Source: Pachysolen tannophilus NRRL Y-2460
Taxonomy: Eukaryota
Length of the DNA: 64,000 bases
NCBI GenBank assembly: GCA_001661245.1
Contig: KV454012.1
Span: 2,127,063-2,191,062, forward strand
Direction: 5' to 3'
Below, in pieces: positions 37,559-48,424 of the stretch. A program made the position numbers and the translations under genes. The notes below the pieces were generated by a model. The model did not search any database. It was not told the DNA's origin and saw only the letters and a list, made by a program, of their open reading frames with translations. How positions within the stretch are numbered: position 1 is the stretch's first letter; every line of letters starts with the position of its first letter.

Positions 37559-37924
37559 TCAATCCAGTTTCTGCTGTTCTTTCCCCTGTCCAACCGTATC
37601 AATTTCTATCAAAGATTTGATATCTTTAAATATTTTATCCTGTAGCTCTTTTTTAGTATCATTGTTTACTCTGGTTAGCTTATTGATCTCCAAAGAATAA
37701 CTATTTATAAATTCACCTTGAATCAAAGCAGCCATTTGTCCCTTATTCTTAAATAAAATTTCTGGGTTTTCTTTAACTTTTCTAGTGACAAATTCTTTTA
37801 AATCTTCTACTAATTTGTTGTAGTTTGATGATGATTTGAAATTATCCAACAATTGTTTCCGTTCATTATCAAAATATCCCTTCTTCTTATAAACATTAAG
37901 AAGCTGTTTAGGATCTTGCTCCAT
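37559..37924 (-). CDS. SHG1: COMPASS subunit Shg1-like
   Basis: DPKQLLNVYKKKGYFD..RKQLL; KNKGQMAALIQG. Confidence 0.8.
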   Translation of the reverse strand: MEQDPKQLLNVYKKKGYFDNERKQLLDNFKSSSNYNKLVEDLKEFVTRKVKENPEILFKNKGQMAALIQGEFINSYSLEINKLTRVNNDTKKELQDKIFKDIKSLIEIDTVGQGKEQQKLD

Positions 37925-38101
37925 CTCAAAAGACTATTCTTCTATAGATAAATAGTAAACTGAAAACTCTTCAATTCTTATTAAATTTTATCTCTTTTCA
38001 TTTAAAATTTGTTTTTTTATTTTTTTTTTCAACTTATATTTTTATTATCAATAATCTAATAATAATAATAATATTAACAATATTAACAATAGTTTATAAA
38101 G

Positions 38102-40519
38102 ATGTCGTTAAACGATATTCTTGCCAAATTTCCTGCTAATGATTCTCTCTCAGGTATTGTTGGGTCATTATGTAGCGGGAACGATAAGAAACAAAGTAAT
38201 TTGAGATCGATTTTAGATAATTCATCAAATTCAATTTTGGAAAATAGCACTAAGAGACATAAGATTTCTTCTGTATCAAAAGAAGAGAAAACAGTTGAAT
38301 TTAAAAAGGCATTAGATGAGATTGAGAATATCATTGAGCAGGCCTTAAATGATAAGTCTATAATATATGAGGTACACTATCAACAGGTGGAATTGATTTG
38401 TAAAGAGGGCCAGAATTTAAAGTTATATCAATTATTAACAAAGAAATTAGATTTATTTTTCACCAATGAATTCTTACCAAAAGTTCAACATTCTATACTT
38501 GAGAATCCTTCTTTAGCAGTGGAGAATTTTGTGAAATATTGGAATTTATGGTCTTCAAAATTATCCAATTTAAAACTAATTTTTTTATATTTGGATAGTA
38601 ATTATTTACTTTATTCAACTTCAAGACTTCAAATTTATGAATATGGAATGAATTTATTTACTGATAATTTGGTTAAATGTCATGAGGGTAATCCAGGATT
38701 AAACCTATATGAACCAAATGAATTAAAAACACGATATGTCATTTTTGAAAATTTTATCAATCTTCTTAAAGATGCTTTGTTAAATAATAATGAAGAAATG
38801 GAAACTGAAATGTTAGATAGCTCATATAACTTGCTATTTGAATTTGTTAAGATAATTAAATTATTGGATTCAGATAAAAAAGTTAAGTTTTCTTCACTCT
38901 TCACAGATTTAATTTCAAGAACTTTTAGTGTTTTACAAGATAGATGGTTGTACATTGAAGATGGAGAATTAAATTTAAATTATATATCTGAAGCAGTTAT
39001 AAAATTTCAATTCATTTTCAGAATATTAAAATTTTACTATTATGATCAATTGCATTCTTCGTATTTCGATTCAATTCAATTTAAAATCATAAAGATGTTA
39101 ATATTTGATAATCTTGATTTTATATATGATAAATTATTACCCAAACTTCTTGAGAATCAGAAAAATTTAGAAATTAAAATATTGTTTGATCAGTTTAAAA
39201 AGTGGCATCAAGATTATACTCTTTTTGCAGATGTTTATTCCAAAATATTTTTATCCAAAGTTTCAAAACTGTTAAATAAAAATTCATCAGATCCAGGAAT
39301 AATTAATGATTTATTGAATATTCAGGAAACTTGTAAAATAGATTTGAAACTGAGTTTTGGAGATGATGTCAGATTTGATCTCAAGGCAAGAGATGCTTTC
39401 ACTACAGCTGTTAATAGCAATGAAAAGCTTTTAGTTGAAGCATTAGTCAAATATATAGATGATAATGTGAGATCCAAAAATGAAGATAATTTATCTAAAA
39501 TCACATCAATTTTCAAAGTTTTCAAAGATAAAGATTATTTTCAGGAAATTTATTCTAGAGAATTGACTAGGCGATTAGCATTTAAGAGAAATGTAAATAT
39601 AGAATTGGAAAGATATGTTTTCCGATTGTTGTCAGAAATTGCTGGTCCTCTTTATACAACAGGCTTTGAGAAAATGCTTGAAGATATTATCAATTCAAAA
39701 TTTATCACTGAATCATTTAACGAAAAGGCAGAAAAAATATATAGTTTTAAATTTGAGCTATTATTATTACATTCATTATATTGGATTTATTTGAAAAAAA
39801 GTCAAGATAAGATAAAAGTTGATTTCACTCTTCCTGACCAAATAAATAATTTGTTGAATGATATTGAAAAATCATATAAGGAGTCGAATGAAAGTAAAAA
39901 ATTATCGTGGTGTTATAATTTAAATCAAATAACTTTACTGAGAAGCTTTAAAAATGGTAAGAAAAAAGAGTTATCCTTATCATTGCTTCAAGGTTCTATA
40001 TTGTTATTGTTTGATGAGGGTGACGAATTAACTTTTGAGTACATATTACAAAAATTAAACATCAAGGATAAATATTTATTAGCTGCCAACATAGCGTCTT
40101 TATGTAATGGTAAACATCAAATATTGATATGTTCATCAAAGACCAATAAGTATAAGCCCAAAGATACTTTTAAAATCAATGAAAATTTTACATCTAACTC
40201 TCTGTCTATTAATATCAAACCACCATCATCATCGAAATTTTCTTCTAAAGGAAGTCTTCCTGAGTTAGCATCAACGTCGTCGCCGTCATCATCTTCAACA
40301 GGAGCTTCAGTATTTGAAATAGATGAGAAGCTAAGTTGTACAGTCGTCAGAGTAATGAAGTTTAATAAAGTCTTGAACCATCATGATTTAGTTAAGAAAG
40401 TTCATAAAGAAGTTAACAATGATCATACCATAATTGATATAAAAAAAGTTGTAGAGGATTTGATTAACAGGGAATTCATCAAAAGGGTTGAAAAGGATAA
40501 ATACGAATACATTCCATAG
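38102..40519 (+). CDS. Divergent cullin (Cul4/Rtt101-like)
   Basis: IFLYLD..Y, KDYFQEIY...L.RRL, KMLEDI, KKLSW, KELSLSLLQ..ILLLF; neddylation motif VVRVMK..LINREFIKR. Confidence 0.8.
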   Translation: MSLNDILAKFPANDSLSGIVGSLCSGNDKKQSNLRSILDNSSNSILENSTKRHKISSVSKEEKTVEFKKALDEIENIIEQALNDKSIIYEVHYQQVELICKEGQNLKLYQLLTKKLDLFFTNEFLPKVQHSILENPSLAVENFVKYWNLWSSKLSNLKLIFLYLDSNYLLYSTSRLQIYEYGMNLFTDNLVKCHEGNPGLNLYEPNELKTRYVIFENFINLLKDALLNNNEEMETEMLDSSYNLLFEFVKIIKLLDSDKKVKFSSLFTDLISRTFSVLQDRWLYIEDGELNLNYISEAVIKFQFIFRILKFYYYDQLHSSYFDSIQFKIIKMLIFDNLDFIYDKLLPKLLENQKNLEIKILFDQFKKWHQDYTLFADVYSKIFLSKVSKLLNKNSSDPGIINDLLNIQETCKIDLKLSFGDDVRFDLKARDAFTTAVNSNEKLLVEALVKYIDDNVRSKNEDNLSKITSIFKVFKDKDYFQEIYSRELTRRLAFKRNVNIELERYVFRLLSEIAGPLYTTGFEKMLEDIINSKFITESFNEKAEKIYSFKFELLLLHSLYWIYLKKSQDKIKVDFTLPDQINNLLNDIEKSYKESNESKKLSWCYNLNQITLLRSFKNGKKKELSLSLLQGSILLLFDEGDELTFEYILQKLNIKDKYLLAANIASLCNGKHQILICSSKTNKYKPKDTFKINENFTSNSLSINIKPPSSSKFSSKGSLPELASTSSPSSSSTGASVFEIDEKLSCTVVRVMKFNKVLNHHDLVKKVHKEVNNDHTIIDIKKVVEDLINREFIKRVEKDKYEYIP

Positions 40520-40823
40520 TTAGATTATAGGTTTTTTCAGGGTTTTTTTATTTCCAGTGAATATATAACAAGCTGGATGTCTAGGTTTTATAAATTTTTT
40601 GTAGTTTTACTACTGTATTCATCAGTAATTTTTTTGAATTGTATTAAAATTTAATCTTTCTGAAACGTACAAAACTAATCAAATCATGGAAACTATAAAA
40701 TATTTAAAAATACTATCTAGTCAAGTAGCATCTTCCTCACACCGTTAACCTTGTCCTTTCAAATCTTATTCTTGTATTTAAAGTCATGATTTTCAACTGC
40801 AATCAGTATAACTTCAAGGATAA

Positions 40824-40946
40824 TCATTTTTTAATTTCTTCAGAAGCTTTGAAATTTTCCGATACAAAATGGTAAACTAAGATCAAACTCATTGATATAA
40901 GTCCAAACGATATGGCCATTGTATTTAACTGTGTATCTGTTATCAT
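40824..40946 (-). CDS. OST4: Oligosaccharyltransferase small subunit Ost4 (40 aa); absent from the ORF track
   Basis: MITDTQLNTMAISFGLISMSLILVYHFVSENFKASEEIKK matches the Ost4 pattern MI(S/T)D.QL..LA..FG...M.LI..YH. Confidence 0.92.
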   Translation of the reverse strand: MITDTQLNTMAISFGLISMSLILVYHFVSENFKASEEIKK

Positions 40947-41131
40947 CTTTGTCGATTTTAATTATAATTCATATAATATTAAAAGTTTACAAATTTGATA
41001 CCTGTTCAATATATAGAAAATTGAAAAATAAATAAAAACGGAAAAGTTGACAAAATATTTATATGTCTTCAAATCAGATTTGCTTTTCAACTATAAAACA
41101 AGATACATGAAATACTTTGAAAGTTTAAAGA

Positions 41132-41442
41132 ATGCCTCCACGGAATATTGAAGAGTTTCTATATGATAAGGTAAGTTTATATTACTGGAGAATTAAACTT
41201 GAAACTGTACTAACTTTATAAAATAGTTGATGAAAAGCGCAACTTTTCATAAATTTGTGAGAACAATTCATGCAAAAATTAATGGATTACCACCTCCTCA
41301 TATTCAAGATAGACAAAAGATTAGATATAACAGTTCAAATCAGTATGATTATTTATTCAGACCTACTAGATTGCAAAAACTGAATGCTTTTAGGTTATTA
41401 TTTCTCGATGAATTGAAAAAGAGCTTTTTTCTTAAGAAATGA
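41132..41442 (+). CDS. MRX7: MIOREX component Mrx7; 2 exons (41132-41170, 41227-41442)
   Basis: Spliced MPPRNIEEFLYDK/LMKSATFHKFVRTIHAKING; intron GTAAGT..TACTAAC..TAG; syntenic with VID27. Confidence 0.88.
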
Positions 41443-41673
41443 AATAGTCTTTTTTTAAAGACATGCTGGAGTTAATTTATAGAGTATAACGCAAATGAGG
41501 TTTTAAATGGAGTTTGGATTTGTTTTTATTTATTGTGTATTATAGAACCTGAATTGAATTGAAATTAATATTATTATTATTATTATTACTAACAGAACTC
41601 CTACATAAAATAAAATATCTTGTTCTTAGAATGAACTAACAAAAAGAGAAAATCGAATAAAAATGAAAAAAAA

Positions 41674-44022
41674 TCAGTAGTAGCCTTTAACAATACTATT
41701 TTTTTTATATCCCAATGACTCTCTGGTTGGCTTTCTAAAGCTTCCTTTGTTTACCATAGCAACATCATCTTGTAATGCAATGATGATATTTTTGTCCGAA
41801 CCAAATTTGAAATTATCATTCATGACATCGCTGTTATATCTTTTGATCAAATAAGTATTGTCCTTGTCACCTTGTAAAATTTTCTTCAACGACCAAGTGA
41901 CAACGTACGGTCCTGTTGATGTAACAATAGTCTGCTCTTTTGCATCAATACCAGCATTAAAATGAGCTTTTGTAAAAGATAATGGATTTCCTGAAGTTGT
42001 AGACATAAAAGCAGCATGTTCTGGTGAAACCGTTATTCTTCTTGGTCTTGGTTTTGAATCTTTACCAAAAGATTTTTTAAATCCAAGTTCTCCAGAATTT
42101 TTACCAGTTTTTATCTTATTATCAATAAGCAATAAATAGGTTTTACATGTTGCTAATAACCATCTACCATCTCTTGATACATCTAAACCAACAATTGGAT
42201 CACCCAAAGCTGGTAATTGTGTCTTAGCATTGATACCTAGTCTATCGTACAATCTTATATCACCTTTATTTGAAGCAACTGCAATATAACCATTTTCTGT
42301 AGTAGCCATGGTACTAAAATCATTTTTTGATGCATATTGCTTGAATTCTGATTCCACAAGTTTATCTCCCGATACTCTTGGATCAATTTTAAATAAACCA
42401 TTTGAAGATATACCCAAGAAAGTTTGTTCTGAACCTAATTGAGCAAACTTATTTAAAGGATTAAAATCAACAACTTTCAAATCATCTTTAACTTTATATT
42501 CTTCTACAATTTTACCATATTCCAAATCCATCTTATACAAATTTGATTTATCATTTGGGTCTTGTAAGATCATAGCACGATCTTCCATATGAAGCATCAT
42601 TTTTGATGGATTAACAATATTTTTAGTAGTAGGATTTTTGATATTGATTGTTGTATTAAATTTCAATTCATCATCTTCATTTGTAACAAAAACTCCCAAT
42701 TTATCTCCTCTTGAAACATAAGTTCTATTATTCTTGTAACCAACTTTCAATTGACTATTCTTGGTATCTTTAGTAGTTGCCAAGTATTTACGTTGGGCCA
42801 GTTCATCTTCATCTTCATCTTCATCATCTTCCAGTTCTTGTTTAGTAACTCCTGATCTGATATTACTGACTCTGCTTTCAATTTCTTCTTGTTCTGATTC
42901 TTCCTCTTCTTCTTCATTAGCATTATCATTTTTAGTTGAGTCTTCAAGTTCATCTTCAAGTACCAAGTTATTGAAAGCATCAAGAACATAATCTCTTTCA
43001 TCGTCCTTAACTTTAATCCATTTGATTTTATTCATTGATTCCCATAAAGATCTTGTTAAACCTTCTTGGAAAGAAGAAAGTTTTTCAAATGAATCAAATC
43101 TTAATAACCAGGATAAAGCTGTATTATCGTGGAAATAATTAAAAATAAAACATAAATTATCAAAATTGAAAACAGGATTCATTTGAGAATTAACACTTGT
43201 ACCTAATATGGCTTTACCATTATCTGAATCTTCTACTGATAACCAATATTCCCAATTATTCAATTCCAAGACTTTTACTGTAGCTTTTTCTATATACAAT
43301 TTAAAGCTAGCTGTTTCTGGATCAAAAAGACGTAATTCAGCAATTTCTTCAACAACTAATGTCCCTTGTATTAATTTTTTTTCTAAATCTTTATCATCTT
43401 TACCATCAGTAGCATCTTCAAAAAAATCATGTTCTTCATCTGATGAATCCACATCATTATTTTGATCTGTATAATTTTCAAATTCATTAATCAATTGTTT
43501 ATAAGTACAATCATCTGAAGATTTATTATATTTTCTTTCATATTCACATCTGTATAAAATTTCAATAAACAGATCAATAGTGGCAGCTTTAACCAATTTT
43601 TTATCAATAATTAATTGAAATTTATCACCCAAATCACCGTTAACATCTTTCCAAGAAATATAAATCAAATTTTTATCTACATCTGTTTCTTGCAGAAAAT
43701 TTAAAGAACAATCAATTAAAAAATTCCATTCATCTTTTAAATCGTCATCAAATGAATTACTATCATCTTCACCATCATATTCATCATTTTCAGATTCACC
43801 TTCTTGACAAGATTTTTGAATCACCAACTGATAATTAAACAGCACAGAAGTCCTTCTAATAGAAGCAACACAATCATTATAAATACATTCAAGTTCACCT
43901 TTTGGAGATTGAGGAAGGCGTCTTAAAAAAAGTTGCGCCGTTGGAATAGTAATTAACTCATCTAAATCTTTCGATCCTGCTGATGACGAAGAAGAATCTA
44001 ATAACTTTTTAATTATATTCAT
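41674..44022 (-). CDS. VID27: Vacuolar import and degradation protein 27
   Basis: QLFLRR.PQSPKG..ECIYND; C-terminal beta-propeller (MDLEYGKIVEE, GDIRLYDRLG..AKT.LPALG). Confidence 0.93.
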   Translation of the reverse strand: MNIIKKLLDSSSSSAGSKDLDELITIPTAQLFLRRLPQSPKGELECIYNDCVASIRRTSVLFNYQLVIQKSCQEGESENDEYDGEDDSNSFDDDLKDEWNFLIDCSLNFLQETDVDKNLIYISWKDVNGDLGDKFQLIIDKKLVKAATIDLFIEILYRCEYERKYNKSSDDCTYKQLINEFENYTDQNNDVDSSDEEHDFFEDATDGKDDKDLEKKLIQGTLVVEEIAELRLFDPETASFKLYIEKATVKVLELNNWEYWLSVEDSDNGKAILGTSVNSQMNPVFNFDNLCFIFNYFHDNTALSWLLRFDSFEKLSSFQEGLTRSLWESMNKIKWIKVKDDERDYVLDAFNNLVLEDELEDSTKNDNANEEEEEESEQEEIESRVSNIRSGVTKQELEDDEDEDEDELAQRKYLATTKDTKNSQLKVGYKNNRTYVSRGDKLGVFVTNEDDELKFNTTINIKNPTTKNIVNPSKMMLHMEDRAMILQDPNDKSNLYKMDLEYGKIVEEYKVKDDLKVVDFNPLNKFAQLGSEQTFLGISSNGLFKIDPRVSGDKLVESEFKQYASKNDFSTMATTENGYIAVASNKGDIRLYDRLGINAKTQLPALGDPIVGLDVSRDGRWLLATCKTYLLLIDNKIKTGKNSGELGFKKSFGKDSKPRPRRITVSPEHAAFMSTTSGNPLSFTKAHFNAGIDAKEQTIVTSTGPYVVTWSLKKILQGDKDNTYLIKRYNSDVMNDNFKFGSDKNIIIALQDDVAMVNKGSFRKPTRESLGYKKNSIVKGYY

Positions 44023-44415
44023 TCTCAAAAAAGAAAAAAAAAAAAACCGACCAAAAATACCTTAATTATACATAAAATAGATTTATATATCTGATCAGCT
44101 CTTAATCCTAATCAAAAAAATCCCAAACCGATTTATTAAAAAAAAAAAACAATATAAATTCAACTTCAACTTCAACTTCAACTTCATCATTTTAAATGTT
44201 TTGATTTTGCTATTTAAAGACTTTTTATTTATTTACCTAATTAAAACTTTTGTGTTGACTTTACACGACCAGTTTTCTTTGCTGTTTTCTCCGAAAATTT
44301 TTCAGTTTTTAATAAGAGATGGATGATGATGATGATGATGATGATGAGATGAGATTAGAGAAATATTGAAGTTAAGTTTATTTTCTTTTTTTTTGGAAGT
44401 AAACGGTTATTGATA

Positions 44416-45150
44416 ATGTTAAGGATGAATAGGAATAATTTGGTTAGTTGGTGTAGAGTTTGTTGTTGTGAATTTAGGTTTTTAAGAGCTGGGAGGAGTT
44501 TCCATACGAATGTTATTGCCAAATCACAAGAAGAATTTTTAGAAGATTTTTGTGATGATGAGTTGATTAAATCGAAGAAAAGGGTAAAGAATAGTTGGGT
44601 GCTTCCTAAGATAGTTGAAGATAATGAAGATCAAGTTAAGGGGAAGCAAGTGAATGGTAAATTTTCAGTGATAAATCATGGTACTTCAGTACCTAAAAAT
44701 TGGAGATCAATAGAATCATTACCTAGTTGGAAAAGACAAAAATTTGCATTAAAGGAGAAATTTGGTTCAGAAAGATGGAATCCACAAAAAAAATTATCAA
44801 GAGAAGCACAAAATATGATAAGATCACTAAATAAAAATTATCCTAATTTAAAAGTTGAATATTTTGCTGAAAAATTTCAAATGTCACCAGAAGCTATTAG
44901 AAGAATATTAAAATCTAAATGGCAACCAACAGAAATAGAAGAAAATAGTATATTAATGAGATGGCAAAAAAGAGGAGAATTACAATTAAAATCAAAATTA
45001 GTTGATAAGATTACAAAAGATTATATTTCAGAAAAGGAAAAAAATTTACAACAATTAACAAATGAACAAAATGATGATGGTGTAAAAGTAGTATTGGATA
45101 TTAATGAAGAAAAAATAAAGAAAAAATTTTTAAAAAATATTAAAAGATAA
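44416..45150 (+). CDS. RRG9: Neugrin-like mitochondrial protein
   Basis: W..QK.ALKEKF..ERWNP.KKLSR; F.MSPEAIRRILKSKWQP. Confidence 0.9.
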   Translation: MLRMNRNNLVSWCRVCCCEFRFLRAGRSFHTNVIAKSQEEFLEDFCDDELIKSKKRVKNSWVLPKIVEDNEDQVKGKQVNGKFSVINHGTSVPKNWRSIESLPSWKRQKFALKEKFGSERWNPQKKLSREAQNMIRSLNKNYPNLKVEYFAEKFQMSPEAIRRILKSKWQPTEIEENSILMRWQKRGELQLKSKLVDKITKDYISEKEKNLQQLTNEQNDDGVKVVLDINEEKIKKKFLKNIKR

Positions 45151-45193
45151 TTCTATAATTTTAAAATGAAATAAAATGAAATAATTTGTTTTG

Positions 45194-45270
45194 TTAATTA
45201 AGATAATTTTTCATAATTTCTTTTCTTATATTTTTCAATTCTTTTTTCAATTCAACAACTACATTACTTG

Positions 45271-45304
<34 letters not shown>

Positions 45305-45949
45305 TTGTCTGTTGTTGTTGCTGGACACAATATTGGGATTTTTTTTGAAAAAAGAATATCCTTTTGAAGAATTGCGTGAGATTATATCATCGCTAATTAG
45401 ATCTAAATAGTTATATAATTGTTTTAATTGGAAAAATAATGGACTTATTTCACTAGGTGTATATGAAATAATTTCACTTTTCCCCACATAATTACTATTA
45501 TTTTCATTTCTATCAGTTTTATAATCCATTATATTTATTTTTAACAAGACATTTCGTAATTTTATTAATTTATCATCCAATTTTTCAGTATCTCCATTAT
45601 TATCAATTACAGTTCTATCTCTTGTCTTTTCTGTTTGAATATTGGCATCTGAATATAACTTATTACCATATTTTACACCAATTGTTGGTACTTCTCCTTT
45701 TAAAATACCAGTAATCTTAAAATATATCATATTTCTTAAATTATCAAAAATATGACTAATTAAATTTAATCTCCTATCATATTGTAATGTCAATAATGGT
45801 TGAACAATAAATAATATTATTAAATAAAATGATGTAAGTAAAATACCAGAAGAATATAGAAGCTTTATAACAAAAATTAAAGTTTTCGGTTTTAATCTTC
45901 TAATATCTGAATCTTCTGGAAATGGTATAATCAGCCTATCCAATGACAT
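45194..45949 (-). CDS. PEX17: Peroxin Pex17-like membrane protein
   Basis: Single N-proximal TM followed by QPLL..QY.RR; C-terminal coiled coil; sits after MRX7-VID27-RRG9 as in S. cerevisiae. Confidence 0.65.
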
Positions 45950-46285
45950 CTTTCTGAAATATAATAAGTCAATGAACAATCTTATTAATAATTTTATTCT
46001 CAACTATTTTTTTATTATCATTATTTATTATATAATGATAAAATCAACCTTACACTTCCAGCGCTATATTTTACACTACTAAACAAGAATCAACTTTTAC
46101 AATTGATTACAATTAATTACATTATTATTTTCTAAACGTAAGTTCTTTTTATTCATCATCTAGTGAGTGAAAAAAATATATGTATCTAATTATATATTCA
46201 AAATCATTGAGAACTATGACCAGTGATTAGGTGAAGCTTGAAAAAGAAAAAGAAAAAAAAAATTCTAATGATTCTATGTATACTT

Positions 46286-48073
46286 TCAAGACTTTGGTGT
46301 TGTATCTTCACCTTTTCTACCTCGCGAACCATTAGAAGAAGTATCACTGCCATTACTATGACTCAACTTTCGTCTCTTGGTTAATGTAGAACGTGAAATA
46401 TCTAGTTTCGGTGTCTTTTGATTTAATTGGTCACTACTTAGGTTTTTGGAAGTTAGTTGAGATTTTAATGTTCTCTTGGATGAATTAATAACTGGAGTTG
46501 CTATTTTATCTTTTCCAGTTCCTGTTATTCCCTTTGATGGCTCAACCTTCACAAGGGTCTTTGGAGAAGGTGAATTTGTTGAATTAATAGATTTATCTGT
46601 CTTTATCTGAATATTATTAGCAAAATGAAGAGGAGAATTTTCATCTTTCACAGTTTGTTGTTGGTCTGGACGATGCAACAGCAGCAGCTGTTGTTGTTGT
46701 TGTTGTTGTTGCTGAATATTTATTATTGATTGGTTTCCATTTATAGCATGTGATTTCACAAAATGTTCCAAGGCGCTTAATGGACCAGAACATTCGTGTC
46801 CAACTGAATATATCATCAAAGTTTTTAGATGGGCCATTACATCACTTACTTGAACAACTCTCATAACACTTTCTTGTAAACCAAAGTTTGACATTGATTG
46901 GAAAACTTTAAAATTTTTCTTTAAATCATCTATATTCTTTAAACTCAGTAAATCATTATCAGGCATTGAAAGAAAAGATTCTAAAGCAGGCCAATCTAAA
47001 CCGGGGGTAAAATGATGTGTTTGAAAATCAAACCAATCAATTTTTAATTCTTGATTAAACATGGCCCTTACGGTACCATAAATGGTAACATATGAATCAT
47101 CACTGTACCAATGTTTTATTGATGACCTTGAACTCTCCAAGTAAGCTGCACCATTAGGTAAAACTTGTATCCTTATATTGTTTGGAACAAACTCGAACCT
47201 AGTAACACCGCTTTTGAAAATTGAATTGAAGAATCTTGGAATTAAAGGAACTGAAAATTCAAAATTTCTAACATCATTATTATTTCTGACACTATATCTA
47301 AACAATCCATTTTCAGTGAAATAATCTGAAGTTATCTTTTGCCAATAAGATAATTCTTTTTCTGCTTTTATACCAACTAATTCACAAAATTCTAAAAATC
47401 TCATTGTTGCAAAATTAGATATTTGTTTCCTCAAATTTAAAACTGGATTCATTATAGGTGCACTTCCAGCAACTGAAGGAGAATAAGTATGATGATGTAT
47501 ATGTTTTGAACCTGTAGAAGAATTTTGCATCGGCGGTACAGTAGAATTCAGATTAACTCCTCCAGTTTGTAACTCACGATGATTTGGAATCGTTGAATTA
47601 TTGTTCGCGTTCAAAGTTACAGGTCTTGTTGTATTCTCTGTGAAATTCTTATTCATATTTGCTTCTAAATGTAACTGCTGCTGATTAAACTGTTGCTTCT
47701 GCTGTTGTTGTTGCTGAAAGGAAAACATTTGTTGAGGAAGTGGAACGGTCTGTCTCAATTGCTGTTGTGGTTGCAGCTGCTGTGGCTGTATTTGTGCCTG
47801 TAGTTGTTGTTGTGGTTGTTGTGGTTGTTGTTGTTGTTGTTGCTGCTGTTGTGGTTGTGCTTGTGGTTGTTGTGATTGTTGCGGTTGGGCTTGTTGCTGA
47901 AGAGATATGTTGGGCGTCCTATTTATCATCAAATTTTGTGCTGCTATGCTTCCGTTAGTATTGGCAGCATTACCGTTCAAATTCATATTTAGTGGATGAC
48001 TTATATTATTATTAACATCATCTATACTTCCTATACTATAGTTCGAAATACGTCTATTACCATTAGAATTCAT
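46286..48073 (-). CDS. MFG1: LIM-domain-binding transcriptional regulator (Mfg1/Adn1 type), Q-rich
   Basis: LIM_bind-like YWQK...YF, FEF..PLIPRFF, FGLQE.VMR..QVSDVM..L..L; polyQ; close to OST4 as in S. cerevisiae. Confidence 0.75.
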   Translation of the reverse strand: MNSNGNRRISNYSIGSIDDVNNNISHPLNMNLNGNAANTNGSIAAQNLMINRTPNISLQQQAQPQQSQQPQAQPQQQQQQQQQPQQPQQQLQAQIQPQQLQPQQQLRQTVPLPQQMFSFQQQQQQKQQFNQQQLHLEANMNKNFTENTTRPVTLNANNNSTIPNHRELQTGGVNLNSTVPPMQNSSTGSKHIHHHTYSPSVAGSAPIMNPVLNLRKQISNFATMRFLEFCELVGIKAEKELSYWQKITSDYFTENGLFRYSVRNNNDVRNFEFSVPLIPRFFNSIFKSGVTRFEFVPNNIRIQVLPNGAAYLESSRSSIKHWYSDDSYVTIYGTVRAMFNQELKIDWFDFQTHHFTPGLDWPALESFLSMPDNDLLSLKNIDDLKKNFKVFQSMSNFGLQESVMRVVQVSDVMAHLKTLMIYSVGHECSGPLSALEHFVKSHAINGNQSIINIQQQQQQQQQLLLLHRPDQQQTVKDENSPLHFANNIQIKTDKSINSTNSPSPKTLVKVEPSKGITGTGKDKIATPVINSSKRTLKSQLTSKNLSSDQLNQKTPKLDISRSTLTKRRKLSHSNGSDTSSNGSRGRKGEDTTPKS

Positions 48074-48424
48074 AACAGTAGTAAAATAATGATAAGATTT
48101 ATGGGTAATACCATTAATTGTAAAGTATCGCAACTAAAGGTGATAGTTGATACAGTTTTACTAGTATTTTGCTTAATTAGCTGGCGGAACTTTACTCGCG
48201 GAAAAGATAGCTACTTTGGGGAATTTTCAGTTGCACGTAGAATATCACTACGAAATGTTCATAAGCCTATTTATTGTTGTTGTACAAATAATCTATATTT
48301 CATTTAATGAATTAAGAAGAAGAAACTCAAGGGTAAAATGAGACAACTATTGAATATATGAATGAATCTAATGTAATCTGATCTATAAAAAATAAAAGAT
48401 AAAAGAAAAAAAAAAAAAGAATAT

